A DNA stretch of 64,000 nt from Microcoleus sp. (GCA_052279835.1 CP181291.1:3232001-3296000); one strand, 5' to 3'; shown: positions 11,258-21,400, numbered from the stretch's first letter. The notes: generated from the letters alone by a model not told the origin. Numbers and translations: made by a program.

Positions 11258-13792
11258 ATGATGCGACTGCCAAAACTTTATACTTTACGCAAAAAGTTGA
11301 TCGTCTCCTTTTTAATAGTGGCGCTAATTCCGCTAATGTTGCTAGCGGCGATCGACAAACACGCCACTGAACAAATATTAACCAAGAATGCGGAACAATC
11401 TCTATTTGCGATCGCCTCCCAAACCGCTGTCAGCATCGACACTTTCATCACCGTCAATCTCAACGATGTCCGCGTCGCAGCCCTGTTACCAGGACTCTCA
11501 AAATACCTGAGTTTACCCCCAGAGTCTAGGGCTGAAAGTGAGGAAAAAAAAGTAGTTGAAGAGACTTTACATAGTCTCAGCCGTCGAGATACTGTGAATA
11601 TATTTTCCTATGCACTGCTAGACATCAATGGTAAAAATGTATTAGACACTTATACTGAGGATATCGGGAAAGATGAATCGAACCGCGATTACTTTCAACA
11701 ACCCTTGAACACCGGTTTACCCTATGTTTCAAATTTACGACTTTCCCCAAAAAAACCAGGTTTAGTTAACATTTATTTTAGCAATTTAGTTCGCAACAGC
11801 CAAGGAGTTGCGGTGGGGTTGTTGCGAGTATCATATAATGCGACTGTGTTGGATCAGTCCATCGCCCGACAAACTGGTTTAGCCGGTCAAAAATCCTTTG
11901 CTATTTTACTAGACGAAAATTATATTCGGTTAGCCCACGGTACGGAACCGGAATTAATTTTCAAATCCGTAGTTCCTCTCCCACCGGATTTGGTAAAAAA
12001 ATTGCAAGCTGAGAGGAGGTTGCCGGAGTTACCTCTGGATGAATTGTCCACTAATTTGCCCGCATTAAAACAGGGTTTAGACAGCGCTGTCGATCGACCT
12101 TTTTTAAGGTTGCGACTAACATCCACAGACAATCAACTGAGTGCAGTGGCGATCGCACCTTTACACAATCTCCCCTGGTACGTGCTATTTGTACAGCCAC
12201 AGTCAGTATTTCTCGCCCCCATAGAAGCCCAAACCCGCACCGCACTCATATTATCTCTAATTATTGCTAGCATTGTCACCCTCGTGGGGATTGTTTTAGC
12301 ACGAATCTTAGCTAAACCGATTATTGTTTTAACTCAAAGAATTGCCCAGTTCAAAGCAGGAAACTTAAATATTAGAATTCCCATAGAATCGAGAGACGAA
12401 CTGGGAAATCTCGCCGATACTTTCAATAAAATGATTGAAAGAATCCAAAGTTATACGGATAGCTTGGAAGTAAAAAATGCCGCTTTGTTGCAAGTGGAAT
12501 CGCAGTTACGTGAAAGCGAAAGCCGACTGTCCCAATTGCTAGAAGCAATGCCTGTCGGCGTGTTTGTCACCGATGCCAACGGTCAACCCTACTACGCCAA
12601 TCAGGTAGCCCAACAGTTACTTGGCCAAGGACTTTTAGCCGGAGATACAATAGAGGAATTAGTCCAAAATTATCAAATTTATATTGCCGGAACTAAGCAA
12701 AATTATAACTTAGAAATTTTTACGATTCCGAAACTATTGAGGGGAGAATATGCTAACGCTGACAATATAGAAATTCACCGCGCGGACAAGGTGATTCCCA
12801 TCGAAGCTTGGGGAACTCCGATTTTTGACAACCAAGGTAATATCTCTTATACAATTATCGCGTTTCAGGACATTTCGGAACGGCGAAAAATTGAAGCAGA
12901 GCGCGAAAAGTTTACTTCTGAACTATCGCAACTGAATCGCAACTTAAAAAAAGCCCTGGATGCCGAATTTGAACTAACCGATGCTTACGGTAGGTTTGTG
13001 CCGCATCAATTTTTGCATTTACTGGGATACGAAAGTATTGTTGATGTGAAATTGGGGGACAACGTACAGCAAAAAATGTCGGTGCTGTTTGCGGATATTC
13101 GGGATTTCACAGCGCTGTCGGAGAGCATGACACCTCAAGATAATTTTAAGTTTATCAATGATTATTTGATTCGGATGGAGCCTTGTATTACTGGGAGTAA
13201 TGGGTTTATTGATAAATATATTGGTGATGGGATTATGGCTTTGTTTAGCGGTAGTGCGGATGATGCGGTGAAAGCAGGAATTGCGATGCTACAAAGTCTG
13301 GGAGAATACAATTTAATCAGGAAAGAAGGAGGTTATGCGCCGATTAAAATTGGGATTGGGATTAATACTGGTTCTTTGATGTTGGGTACTGTGGGCGGGG
13401 AAAATCGGATGGATGGAACTGTGATTAGTGATGCTGTGAATTTGGCATCTCGTCTGGAAGGATTGACCAAAAATTATGGAATATCGCTGTTAATTAGTCA
13501 TCATACTTTTTCAGCGTTGACAATTCCTAGTGATTATGATATTCGGCTAATTGATCGAGTTCAGGTGAAAGGTAAGTCGGAGTTGGTGACTGTGTATGAG
13601 GTGTTTAATGCCGATTTACCGGAGGTGCGGGAGGCTAAGGCGATCGCCAAAACCGCTTTTGAAAGTGCCTGGATCTTGTACAATCAGGAAAGGTTTACTG
13701 AGGCGGCACAACTGTTTGAGGATTGTGTGCTAGGAAATCCGGCTGATGGGGTGGCTGCAATTTATCTCGATCGCTGTCAACAACAATTCTGA
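11258..13792 (+). CDS. Membrane class III adenylate cyclase (Cache-HAMP-PAS-cyclase)
   Basis: Two TM helices flank a Cache-like domain; HAMP (DELGNLADTFNKM); PAS; FADIRDFT, DKYIGD, TVISDAVNLASRLE. Start taken at ATG 11258 or 11261. Confidence 0.9.
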   Translation: MMRLPKLYTLRKKLIVSFLIVALIPLMLLAAIDKHATEQILTKNAEQSLFAIASQTAVSIDTFITVNLNDVRVAALLPGLSKYLSLPPESRAESEEKKVVEETLHSLSRRDTVNIFSYALLDINGKNVLDTYTEDIGKDESNRDYFQQPLNTGLPYVSNLRLSPKKPGLVNIYFSNLVRNSQGVAVGLLRVSYNATVLDQSIARQTGLAGQKSFAILLDENYIRLAHGTEPELIFKSVVPLPPDLVKKLQAERRLPELPLDELSTNLPALKQGLDSAVDRPFLRLRLTSTDNQLSAVAIAPLHNLPWYVLFVQPQSVFLAPIEAQTRTALILSLIIASIVTLVGIVLARILAKPIIVLTQRIAQFKAGNLNIRIPIESRDELGNLADTFNKMIERIQSYTDSLEVKNAALLQVESQLRESESRLSQLLEAMPVGVFVTDANGQPYYANQVAQQLLGQGLLAGDTIEELVQNYQIYIAGTKQNYNLEIFTIPKLLRGEYANADNIEIHRADKVIPIEAWGTPIFDNQGNISYTIIAFQDISERRKIEAEREKFTSELSQLNRNLKKALDAEFELTDAYGRFVPHQFLHLLGYESIVDVKLGDNVQQKMSVLFADIRDFTALSESMTPQDNFKFINDYLIRMEPCITGSNGFIDKYIGDGIMALFSGSADDAVKAGIAMLQSLGEYNLIRKEGGYAPIKIGIGINTGSLMLGTVGGENRMDGTVISDAVNLASRLEGLTKNYGISLLISHHTFSALTIPSDYDIRLIDRVQVKGKSELVTVYEVFNADLPEVREAKAIAKTAFESAWILYNQERFTEAAQLFEDCVLGNPADGVAAIYLDRCQQQF

Positions 13793-13818
13793 GAATTTTC
13801 CTGTCTTGCTCATAGCAA

Positions 13819-13845
13819 GAAGGGCGGGCTGATTGCCCACCCTTC
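13819..13845. terminator. Hairpin between convergent cyclase and tRNA-Glu
   Basis: GAAGGGCGGGC-TGATT-GCCCACCCTTC inverted repeat. Confidence 0.55.
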
Positions 13846-13886
13846 GGTTGCTTGATATCTTTTTGATATCCGAGTTAGATTTTCAA

Positions 13887-13959
13887 TACCCCCAGGGGAA
13901 TTCGAATCCCCGTCGCATCCGTGAAAGGGATGTGTCCTAGGCCTCTAGACGATGGGGGC
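13887..13959 (-). tRNA. trnE: tRNA-Glu(TTC)
   Basis: Reverse complement GCCCCCATCGTCTAGAGGCCTAGGACACATCCCTTTCACGGATGCGACGGGGATTCGAATTCCCCTGGGGGTA forms a cloverleaf; anticodon arm CATCC-CTTTCAC-GGATG. Confidence 0.97.
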
Positions 13960-14052
13960 GCGTCGTTTGCTTGTGTTCCGCACCTTTATTACCTTAACTA
14001 ATCTTTCTAGATTTGTCAACCACTTTGAGAAAGTTTTTTTTAAACTTGTGGG

Positions 14053-15099
14053 TCAATCGTCGGAAAGCTCGTCACAGTAAGCTTTCAGAATCCGAGCACA
14101 ATTGTCGATCGCCCCTAGATGAGCAATCTCAAAGCCGTGGGTGTTCTGGGTAGGGAAGGCCAAACAAGCGGCACGGGCCACATGGCCGAACTTCATGGCG
14201 ATGGAAGCATCACTACCAAAACCGCTAATCGCCGCCAACTGCACCTGGACACCAGCCCGATCGGCCGCCACGCGCAATTGCCCATTCAACCCTTCATCAT
14301 AAATCCCATAGCCGTCCTGAACCAGCAACACTGGATTTTCGCCGTCGGCGATCGGGTATTCTGGAGCCAGCGGGCAAATTTCCAAAGCAATCAGCGCATC
14401 CAAGGGCTGCCGCTGCGAGAAATACAAAGCCCCGATCGCCCCAACCTCCTCCTTCGCCGAAGCCACCAAATAAACATTCACCGCAGGCTCTGTCAAACAT
14501 TCCGCCAAACCCAACAAAATCGCCACAGAAGCCTTGTTATCCAGAGTGTAGCTCCCGATCCAATCCTTCAAGCGGATCGGCTGTTTGCGGTGCTTTCCCA
14601 CCACCATCCGCGTTCCTGGCCGAACTCCCGCCTCCGCTAATTCCTCAGTAGTACACTTAGTTTCGATCCACGCATCTTCCCACTTGAGGGAAACATCCTC
14701 CTGCTGAGCTTTTTGAGGGGATTCGTGGGAGACGTGACGGCTTCCGAAGCTGAGAATGCCACTAATTGTTTGGTTGTCGCCCAACAAATCGACAACGCCT
14801 TCGCCGTAAACCCAGGGAAACGCGCCCCCTAATTTGCGAACTTCCACCCGCCCCTGGCTACCGATGGTTTTGACAATCGCCCCAATTTCGTCTTTGTGGG
14901 CGGTAATGGCGATCGACTTTTGCCGATTGCGCCCCGGAATCAGGGCGATGACATTATCGGCGCGATCGATCCAAGCATTCACTCCCAGGGCTGCAAATTT
15001 TTCCATTAACCCCTGATTAATTTCTGATTCCACGCCGCTGGGGGAGTATAGCATCACTAATTCTGCGATGGTTTGAAAAAGTCGATCGAACTCTAGCAT
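14053..15099 (-). CDS. M42 family metallopeptidase
   Basis: SPSGVE, TAHKDEIG, LDNKAS, KEEVG, GSDA, NTHGFE metal-ligand motifs. Confidence 0.88.
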   Translation of the reverse strand: MLEFDRLFQTIAELVMLYSPSGVESEINQGLMEKFAALGVNAWIDRADNVIALIPGRNRQKSIAITAHKDEIGAIVKTIGSQGRVEVRKLGGAFPWVYGEGVVDLLGDNQTISGILSFGSRHVSHESPQKAQQEDVSLKWEDAWIETKCTTEELAEAGVRPGTRMVVGKHRKQPIRLKDWIGSYTLDNKASVAILLGLAECLTEPAVNVYLVASAKEEVGAIGALYFSQRQPLDALIALEICPLAPEYPIADGENPVLLVQDGYGIYDEGLNGQLRVAADRAGVQVQLAAISGFGSDASIAMKFGHVARAACLAFPTQNTHGFEIAHLGAIDNCARILKAYCDELSDD

Positions 15100-15320
15100 T
15101 GTTGATTTTCTGGTTGGCTAGCGCAGGTTAATATACAATAACGCGGGGTGCATTTATCTAGATTCTAGTTTTGAATTTGAGTTTATTAGTATCGAAGCAG
15201 CAATCAACAATAAGCAAGCACCAAGCAGCACTAACATCAATGATTTCAGCCATTAATAATGTCCTCAACATCTTCAAGGTCGCTCTACCACCCACCCCTA
15301 CAGGTCGCTATCCCTTGATT

Positions 15321-16055
15321 ATGCTATTCACTAAAATTGTGCGACTCCTGAAACGGAAAATTAGAGCCAAAAAATTGGGGATAAAATTTCCCAGAGTTGC
15401 CAAGTTTAATTTACCCGATAGTTTAATTGTACAAGGCAAGACTCAACCCCTTAAATTACCTTCCGAAAAAGGCATGGACGGAGAATTTATCGAAGTGCTT
15501 TTAGACGACTGCTATGGCTTAGAGCAATTACCTCCATCCCTGCTAAAAATTATAGATGTGGGAGCCAATGTGGGATTGTTTTCGATTGCCGCCCGCAACC
15601 GCTTTCCCCAAGCAGTGATTCACGCCTATGAAGCTAATCCTAACTTGGAAAAGTATCTCCAAAATCAGTCTCAAATTGCCAGTTTTGCCTATTTCATGGA
15701 AGCCATCGGCGCTAGAGATGGTAAAGTAGTGCTCGATATCCGGGAAGTATCGGGAAAAACGCGATCGACTGTCACGGAAAACGGCGATATACCGATGGTA
15801 TCCTTCAAAAGGGCGATCGATCGCATCGGTGGCAAAGTAGATTTAGCTAAAATAGACTGCGAAGGTGCAGAATGGCCCTTATTTGAAGATAAAGAAATTT
15901 GGCAATTTGTGGAAAATCTTTCTTTAGAATATCACTTGTGGTCTGGACACACCCACGCCGAAACTAGACAAGTTATTGAAAGTTTAGGATTTAAAATAAA
16001 AAAACAAATACCGATAGATAAATGGTACGGTTTAATTCTAGCATCCCGTACTTAA
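15321..16055 (+). CDS. FkbM family methyltransferase
   Basis: IIDVGANVGLFS, AYEAN, KIDCEGAE. ATG 15321 chosen; the upstream extension is heptamer-like low-complexity sequence. Confidence 0.88.
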   Translation: MLFTKIVRLLKRKIRAKKLGIKFPRVAKFNLPDSLIVQGKTQPLKLPSEKGMDGEFIEVLLDDCYGLEQLPPSLLKIIDVGANVGLFSIAARNRFPQAVIHAYEANPNLEKYLQNQSQIASFAYFMEAIGARDGKVVLDIREVSGKTRSTVTENGDIPMVSFKRAIDRIGGKVDLAKIDCEGAEWPLFEDKEIWQFVENLSLEYHLWSGHTHAETRQVIESLGFKIKKQIPIDKWYGLILASRT

Positions 16056-16129
16056 ATAGCCCCTTTAACTCTAAGTCTGCTTAGTCAGTTTCCGCCGACT
16101 ACCTTAGACAATAATTTGCAAATATATTC

Positions 16130-16204
16130 CTAGGGGCTGTCACCTTGGGGCAGACAATTTATTAATGATAACCAGAGATTTACAGCTCATGCTATAGCCA
16201 TTAC
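16130..16204 (+). repeat. REPIN-like repeat copy A (degenerate arms)
   Basis: Core CAGACAATTTATTAATGATAACCAGAGATTTACA (16151-16184) is shared with 21328-21361 (reverse) and 28234-28267. Confidence 0.8.
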
Positions 16205-16229
16205 CAAATCTGGAGGCTCCCCCGTTTTT

Positions 16230-17147
16230 TCACAAAGGTTGTTTATGTCGTTCTTCAACTTTGTCCTTTAATTTTTCTATAATCGATTGCAAACGACTCG
16301 CGTGTCTGACCATTTCGTCTTGATAAAAATCCAGTACACGACTCAAGCCGATTAGTTGACTTGCTTCCAGTATTTCCCTAGGAACAATCTTGTTATTAGC
16401 CATAACTATCTGGGTGTTTGGGGAGTTATTAAAAACTACTTCCCCATCAAAAGGCAACAGGGCAGTTTTCACTGCCACCGCTAAAATATTTAACTGTTCT
16501 GCTATATTTAAGGAAATTTCTATGTTCAGTAAAATTTCTACCACAAATAAACTTCCCGAAGGCAGCAGTCCACCTATTCCTAACACAGATTTGACTTCAT
16601 AGGGAATAACTAATGAATTTTGTTCAGCAATAAAGGGGCTATTTCGGGCTGAGGATATATAAAAAATATTTAATAACTTTGGCTCCATTTTTAACATTTT
16701 TTCATCAGCAATTCCCAGGACGGTAGGAATATCCAAACCTAACTGTAGAATCCGTTCAGAAATTGGCGGCATTTGAGCTACCAATGCTTCATTTACTAAG
16801 GGAGTGACGATATTCGAGGCTTCGTCAGCATAATTAGACTGGGGTTCTTTTCCTGCTGAGGCTAACAGCGTCCAGCATTTCATTTCATAGGGGGGAACAT
16901 TATTGTGCATCAAGCTACGGGCAGATGCTTGCAATGAATCGTCTAATCCTCCGTAGGGATGGGTTTTGAAAAGACGTACTAAAACACAGGAATTTTGGGA
17001 GCTTTCGGAGTCATAAAAATGTTGATAAATATAATCAGCAATTTTTTGACTGGTCTCTTGCATACTACCAGAATTTCTAGCGAACTGGCGCAGGACTAAG
17101 CTACATTTTGCCAAATTTCTCAAGGTAAACGGGGTCTGATTATACAT
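16230..17147 (-). CDS. Uncharacterised protein; resembles an unnamed N-terminal domain of some cyanobacterial histidine kinases, here without a kinase
   Basis: 305-aa ORF with CVLVRLFKTHPY, CWTLLASAG, VKSVLGIGGLLPSG, ALLPFD and a C-terminal coiled coil. Family resemblance is from memory. Confidence 0.65.
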   Translation of the reverse strand: MYNQTPFTLRNLAKCSLVLRQFARNSGSMQETSQKIADYIYQHFYDSESSQNSCVLVRLFKTHPYGGLDDSLQASARSLMHNNVPPYEMKCWTLLASAGKEPQSNYADEASNIVTPLVNEALVAQMPPISERILQLGLDIPTVLGIADEKMLKMEPKLLNIFYISSARNSPFIAEQNSLVIPYEVKSVLGIGGLLPSGSLFVVEILLNIEISLNIAEQLNILAVAVKTALLPFDGEVVFNNSPNTQIVMANNKIVPREILEASQLIGLSRVLDFYQDEMVRHASRLQSIIEKLKDKVEERHKQPL

Positions 17148-17306
17148 CAAAAAACGCTCTCCCAGAAATTGAATACTCTTTTCTATTTATCCTTCTGGCT
17201 AGGGCCAGATCCGGAATAATATTGAGAGTTTTCCGAGGGACGGTGAGTGAAAATAGATAGAATTTTGGCTAATCAAATTTAAATTATATAAAAAAAATAC
17301 TATAGC

Positions 17307-17340
17307 CAGATAGCCGACTTCTGAAAGAAATCGGCTATCT
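17307..17340. terminator. Hairpin of CCGACT..AGTCGG-type family downstream of the SLH gene
   Basis: AGATAGCCGACTTCT-GAA-AGAAATCGGCTATCT; related hairpins at 31505-31537 and 52862-52892. Confidence 0.55.
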
Positions 17341-17365
17341 AACAGATATCGGCTTTTAGCTGTCG

Positions 17366-18763
17366 CTACTGAGGAGGTTGAGACTTGGCTTCCCCAGCAT
17401 CTTTTGCAGATAATCCCTGATCTTGAACGCCAAAATACCACAAACTAGCCGCGGCTTCGGCGCGAGTCACGGATTTTTTTGGTTGAAACAATGTTGTGAA
17501 ACCAAAAACCCGGCGAATATTAGCTAAATCTCCATTGTTAAAATCTGCTAAAACTGCTCGCGATGCTTGGGAATCAATTTTAGAAGCATCTTGAAAACCC
17601 CACTTTTCTTTCACTGCATCAATGTTAGCTGTGGGTAAGACTTGACGAGTATCTAAAGGTACTTTCCACAGAATCATTGCTTCGCGAGTTAAAGGTGCAT
17701 CGGGACGAAATTTAATATCTTTAGTTTCTCCTGAAATGCTACTGGGAATTAAACCGGCTTCTGCTAAACCTTGAATGGCTGCAAAATCTGGGTCGGTTTT
17801 GGGTATGTCAGCAAAAGCTGGTTCGCTGGATGCTACTGCTAATCTAATTTGTTTGGCTTGACGGCTGGCATAAATTTGATTGTTAGCAGCTACTAACCAG
17901 CGGGCATATTCCCGACGGGTTGCTATTTTGTTGGGTTCGGGTAAGGTGTTTTCTGTTTCTAAATTGGCACCAGATTTCGATCGCACTTTCAGCACTTCCA
18001 ATGAACCTAAATCTGCTACATACTGCCGCAATTGTTGAGGAATTTGGCTATCTAGTTGGCTGACTTTTTTGGTTTTTGACTCTGGAGATGATGTAGCCGT
18101 TGGTGCTTCGGAATTAGACGGGGTTGGGGCGGCTGTAGGAGATTGGGTAGCATCGGAATTCTGAGATTGGGGATTGGTGGCAATTTCCCCATTTGCTTTG
18201 TCGTATGCAATCACAAATTCTGTCGCACCTCCTAATTTTTGGGTAGGAGAAAGTGACACTGTTACTCGCAATTTATCTTGCTGGGCTACCACAGAACCTT
18301 GTCCGTCGGGGGTTGGGGGAGTGACTATTTTCCAGTTGCTACGCCCAAACTCATTCTGATAAAAACTTTGAATGGAATTAATCGGATCGGTGCTTTCGTA
18401 GCGCAGTCGTATATTTTGTTCTGAGGGGGTGCTTGGCCCTGTAACTTCGACCAACTGAGCATTAGGATATAGGGGTATCTCTGTTGGGAAATCGGGAGGG
18501 AGTTTGGCGTTTGTGCTGGTGTCCACTGGTGTCGCTGGCTGGGGGGAAGCCAAAGCCACGGGATTTTCTTTTAATTTGGGATCGGCGGCGAAGGATTCTT
18601 CCATCGCCTTGCTGTTGGGGCTGTTGGCGCAGCCTGTGACAGCCCCAAGCAGACAGATTGCTAGCAAAGCATTTACAGTTGCGAGTATATGGGTTTTACT
18701 GGTTTTAGTTGGCGATCGCCCTGTCAAGTCGCCTCGCCGTTGAGCAAATATAATATTCAACAT
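17366..18763 (-). CDS. S-layer homology (SLH) domain lipoprotein
   Basis: Lipobox AVTGC; Pro/Thr/Ser linker; SLH motifs FADIP, IQGLAEAGLI, FRPDAPLTRE, FQPKKSVTRAEAAA. Start uncertain. Confidence 0.85.
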   Translation of the reverse strand: MLNIIFAQRRGDLTGRSPTKTSKTHILATVNALLAICLLGAVTGCANSPNSKAMEESFAADPKLKENPVALASPQPATPVDTSTNAKLPPDFPTEIPLYPNAQLVEVTGPSTPSEQNIRLRYESTDPINSIQSFYQNEFGRSNWKIVTPPTPDGQGSVVAQQDKLRVTVSLSPTQKLGGATEFVIAYDKANGEIATNPQSQNSDATQSPTAAPTPSNSEAPTATSSPESKTKKVSQLDSQIPQQLRQYVADLGSLEVLKVRSKSGANLETENTLPEPNKIATRREYARWLVAANNQIYASRQAKQIRLAVASSEPAFADIPKTDPDFAAIQGLAEAGLIPSSISGETKDIKFRPDAPLTREAMILWKVPLDTRQVLPTANIDAVKEKWGFQDASKIDSQASRAVLADFNNGDLANIRRVFGFTTLFQPKKSVTRAEAAASLWYFGVQDQGLSAKDAGEAKSQPPQ

Positions 18764-18832
18764 AAATCCCCCGTTTGCGGATATAGTTCTAGGCTAGCGC
18801 AAATCCATCGGGCTAACCTAATTATTGCCAAA

Positions 18833-19378
18833 ATGAACTTCCTACATTTATTCCTAGTTACTGCTACATTATTTGTCTCTGTTGTCAAGTTTGCTAGTCC
18901 CCTCCAGGCTGAATCTGCTCCCAGGACGGCCGTACTTGCTCAACCGGATTGGCAGCCCTTTTGTTCCGCTGAGGGTTTGTTTGCGATCGACATACCAGGA
19001 ACTACCAAAATTAATGCCGAAACTTTTTCAAATCAGATTATTGTTCATACCTACCGCTCGATCTTAAAAAATCAAGAAACTTATTTACTGCAATACTTCG
19101 ACTTAGATTTAGCCCTCACTAATAATAACATTAAAATCACTTTAAATAATGCCGTAGATTTATTTGTGGTCGGATCTAATGCCAAATTGCTGCAAGTGCG
19201 CGATATTTCCCTGGGTAGTTATCCGGGAAAAGAATTTGAGTTTCAGTCCCTTTCCCCTAGTGTACCTGTAGGTGTAGGTCAGGTATTTTTGGTGGACAGA
19301 CGTCTTTACGGCTTAGTCGCCATTACCTCAAAACCTGAAAATGCTCAAAAATTTCTCGAATCTTTTCGTTTATTTTAA
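18833..19378 (+). CDS. Hypothetical exported protein
   Basis: Signal peptide ending LQA; C-terminal YPGKEFEF..FLVDRRLY..FLESFRLF typical of a cyanobacterial secreted family. Confidence 0.7.
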   Translation: MNFLHLFLVTATLFVSVVKFASPLQAESAPRTAVLAQPDWQPFCSAEGLFAIDIPGTTKINAETFSNQIIVHTYRSILKNQETYLLQYFDLDLALTNNNIKITLNNAVDLFVVGSNAKLLQVRDISLGSYPGKEFEFQSLSPSVPVGVGQVFLVDRRLYGLVAITSKPENAQKFLESFRLF

Positions 19379-19440
19379 ATCAGAACATGGAAGGTTCCCA
19401 AGCCTGTACTTGGGAACGATAAATGCACAGGTTGTGCCTG

Positions 19441-19860
19441 CTACTTCTGATGGGATACCTCAATTACGGTGTGCACGTTCCCCCGTGGCGAAAAATCGCC
19501 TTTAATGGTGGCTGAATGTGGCGCGCAAGCGGCGACAAAATCGTCTAGAATTTGGTTGATCGATTCTTCGTGAGAAATGTAGCGATCGCGATAACTGTTA
19601 ATGTACAGCTTGAGCGCCTTCAATTCCACTACTCGTTCGTCGGGCACGTAGGTGACGTGAATTGTCGCAAAATCGGGATAGCCGGAAAACGGACACTTGC
19701 AGGTAAACTCCGGTAAAGTAATGTTAATTGAGTAACGTCGGCCGACTCGCGGATTCGGGAAGGTAATTAACTCTCCTTCTAAAATCTGGCGTTCGCCGTA
19801 TTTCATTGCCTCGGTACTTGACTTTTGTGACATACTTTCTTCTGTTTGGTGGTTGTTCAT
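19441..19860 (-). CDS. queF: 7-cyano-7-deazaguanine (preQ0) reductase
   Basis: PEFTCKCPFSGYPDFA, VELKALKLY, ISHEE, FSPRGN. Confidence 0.95.
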   Translation of the reverse strand: MNNHQTEESMSQKSSTEAMKYGERQILEGELITFPNPRVGRRYSINITLPEFTCKCPFSGYPDFATIHVTYVPDERVVELKALKLYINSYRDRYISHEESINQILDDFVAACAPHSATIKGDFSPRGNVHTVIEVSHQK

Positions 19861-20007
19861 AGCGAGCCACTGGAAACTGCTAACATTTAATTAAACTTCA
19901 CTATCAATATCTGTAACAAATATCTTGACGAATTGTGTGGCGATCGATCTAATTGCAAATACTCTCAGGCTAAACTAAAAAAAGCTCACCCTCGCCATCT
20001 ATAAATT

Positions 20008-20640
20008 ATGCAAAATACTACCTTACCTGACCATAACTCCTCCGCCAACTCAAATAACTACTCTCCATCAGTACCTATTTCCCTCTACCGAGAAGTCACT
20101 GCCGAGTTGCAATCAGCCCAAGCAATGCTTGACTCTCTCAAAACTCATAATCAGCAATTAGTCCAACAAAATCAACAACTGCGGCGAGAAGTAGAAACAG
20201 TAGTTCAAGCATCCATATATCTACAGCAAGCGGTCAATTCAGCTCAAAGTGTTAGCCAGACTGGGATGCCTCAAATGACTCCGGTTAAAAAATTCAATCT
20301 CAGCGTGGAATCCCCTCGCCTAGCATCTTTACCATTCCCGGCTGACTATTCCGTACCCAACGACACCTCTACCCCAAATCCAGCCCCTCCCACTGTGAAT
20401 TTCCCCTTTCCCATAGCAGCAGCCGAACCCACAGCCCCTTCCCTAGATGAACAACTGCCCGATAAACTTCCCGAAAAATTATTTACCGAAGTACCCGAAA
20501 CTCCTTACCGTTTGCGTTCTCAACCAAAAAAAGCGTCTGACTTAAGCGGATTGTGGTTAGCCCTTGCTATTTTTCTGATTGTGATTGCTGCTTTCGGCGC
20601 TGGTTATGTAGTTGTTCGCCCTTTATTAATGAAAAAGTAA
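20008..20640 (+). CDS. Hypothetical coiled-coil protein with C-terminal TM helix
   Basis: PSVPISLYRE coiled coil, Pro-rich linker, hydrophobic C-terminus. Confidence 0.75.
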   Translation: MQNTTLPDHNSSANSNNYSPSVPISLYREVTAELQSAQAMLDSLKTHNQQLVQQNQQLRREVETVVQASIYLQQAVNSAQSVSQTGMPQMTPVKKFNLSVESPRLASLPFPADYSVPNDTSTPNPAPPTVNFPFPIAAAEPTAPSLDEQLPDKLPEKLFTEVPETPYRLRSQPKKASDLSGLWLALAIFLIVIAAFGAGYVVVRPLLMKK

Positions 20641-20654
20641 ATTTCCAAAACAAT

Positions 20655-20680
20655 AATCCCACGGTTCTAACCGTGGGATT
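20655..20680. terminator. Bidirectional terminator hairpin
   Basis: AATCCCACGGTT-CT-AACCGTGGGATT between convergent genes. Confidence 0.7.
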
Positions 20681-20728
20681 TTCAGCAAAGGATAGCATAA
20701 AATAGTTAAAGTTACGCTAATTGGCTGA

Positions 20729-21151
20729 TTATACTCTAGTGGCACCCGTCTCTATCAAACGAGGCGCATACTGTTCTTCAGAAGCAGAACCTAAGATGCC
20801 CACCCCTGGCTCGAAACCGCGCGTGAACTCAGTGAGTTTTACCTGTTTAGCTTCCAAAGCTGTCTGTAGCACCTTCATGGCCTTGTGAGGGTCGCCGGCA
20901 CCGCAGAAGAATAAATCCGCAGCAAAATAACCGTGTTCAGGCCAAGTATGGATTGCTATATGAGACTCAGCCAAAGTAGCAGTAGCCGTCACTCCGTGAG
21001 GACTAAACTGGTGTACGCACAAATCGATGAGAGTAGCTCCTCCGGCTTCGATCGCATCGAGAATAGCGCGGCGGATACGTTCAGGATCGTTGAGCAGGTC
21101 TCCAGGAGACTGCCAAGCATCAGCGACCAGATGGGTTCCCAATTGTTTCAT
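20729..21151 (-). CDS. speD: S-adenosylmethionine decarboxylase proenzyme (SpeD/SpeH class)
   Basis: HQFSPHGVT, LAESHIAIHTWPE self-cleavage motif, DLFFCG. Confidence 0.93.
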   Translation of the reverse strand: MKQLGTHLVADAWQSPGDLLNDPERIRRAILDAIEAGGATLIDLCVHQFSPHGVTATATLAESHIAIHTWPEHGYFAADLFFCGAGDPHKAMKVLQTALEAKQVKLTEFTRGFEPGVGILGSASEEQYAPRLIETGATRV

Positions 21152-21272
21152 TCTGCGGGGTTTTACCTCTATTGATTTTAAGTCTCAAACCTTTTAACCT
21201 TAGCACGGTGTCTCTACTTTGGCAAGTAGGCAAACCCAAAATTTTTCAGATAGTCGCAAAGGAGCGATCGAG

Positions 21273-21382
21273 AATTGGTAATAGGTAATAGGTAATTGGT
21301 AATTGATAGGGGCTTTCGCATTCCGGATGTAAATCTCTGGTTATCACTAATAAATTGTCTGTCGGAATGCGAAAGCCCTTAC
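21273..21382. repeat. GGTAAT(A/T) heptamer run followed by REPIN-like repeat copy B
   Basis: STRR at 21273-21305; arms GGGCTTTCGCATTCCG / CGGAATGCGAAAGCCC around the shared core. Confidence 0.85.
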
Positions 21383-21400
21383 AAAATCGGGATGCTCCCA

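Noticed and set aside
14119..14640. Antisense or alternate-frame ORFs overlapping real genes (this one and many others in the track)
   Set aside because: Shadows of well-supported genes, with no motifs of their own.
19441..19860. queF as part of a 7-deazaguanine DNA-modification island
   Set aside because: No dpd or other que genes nearby; ordinary queuosine pathway gene.
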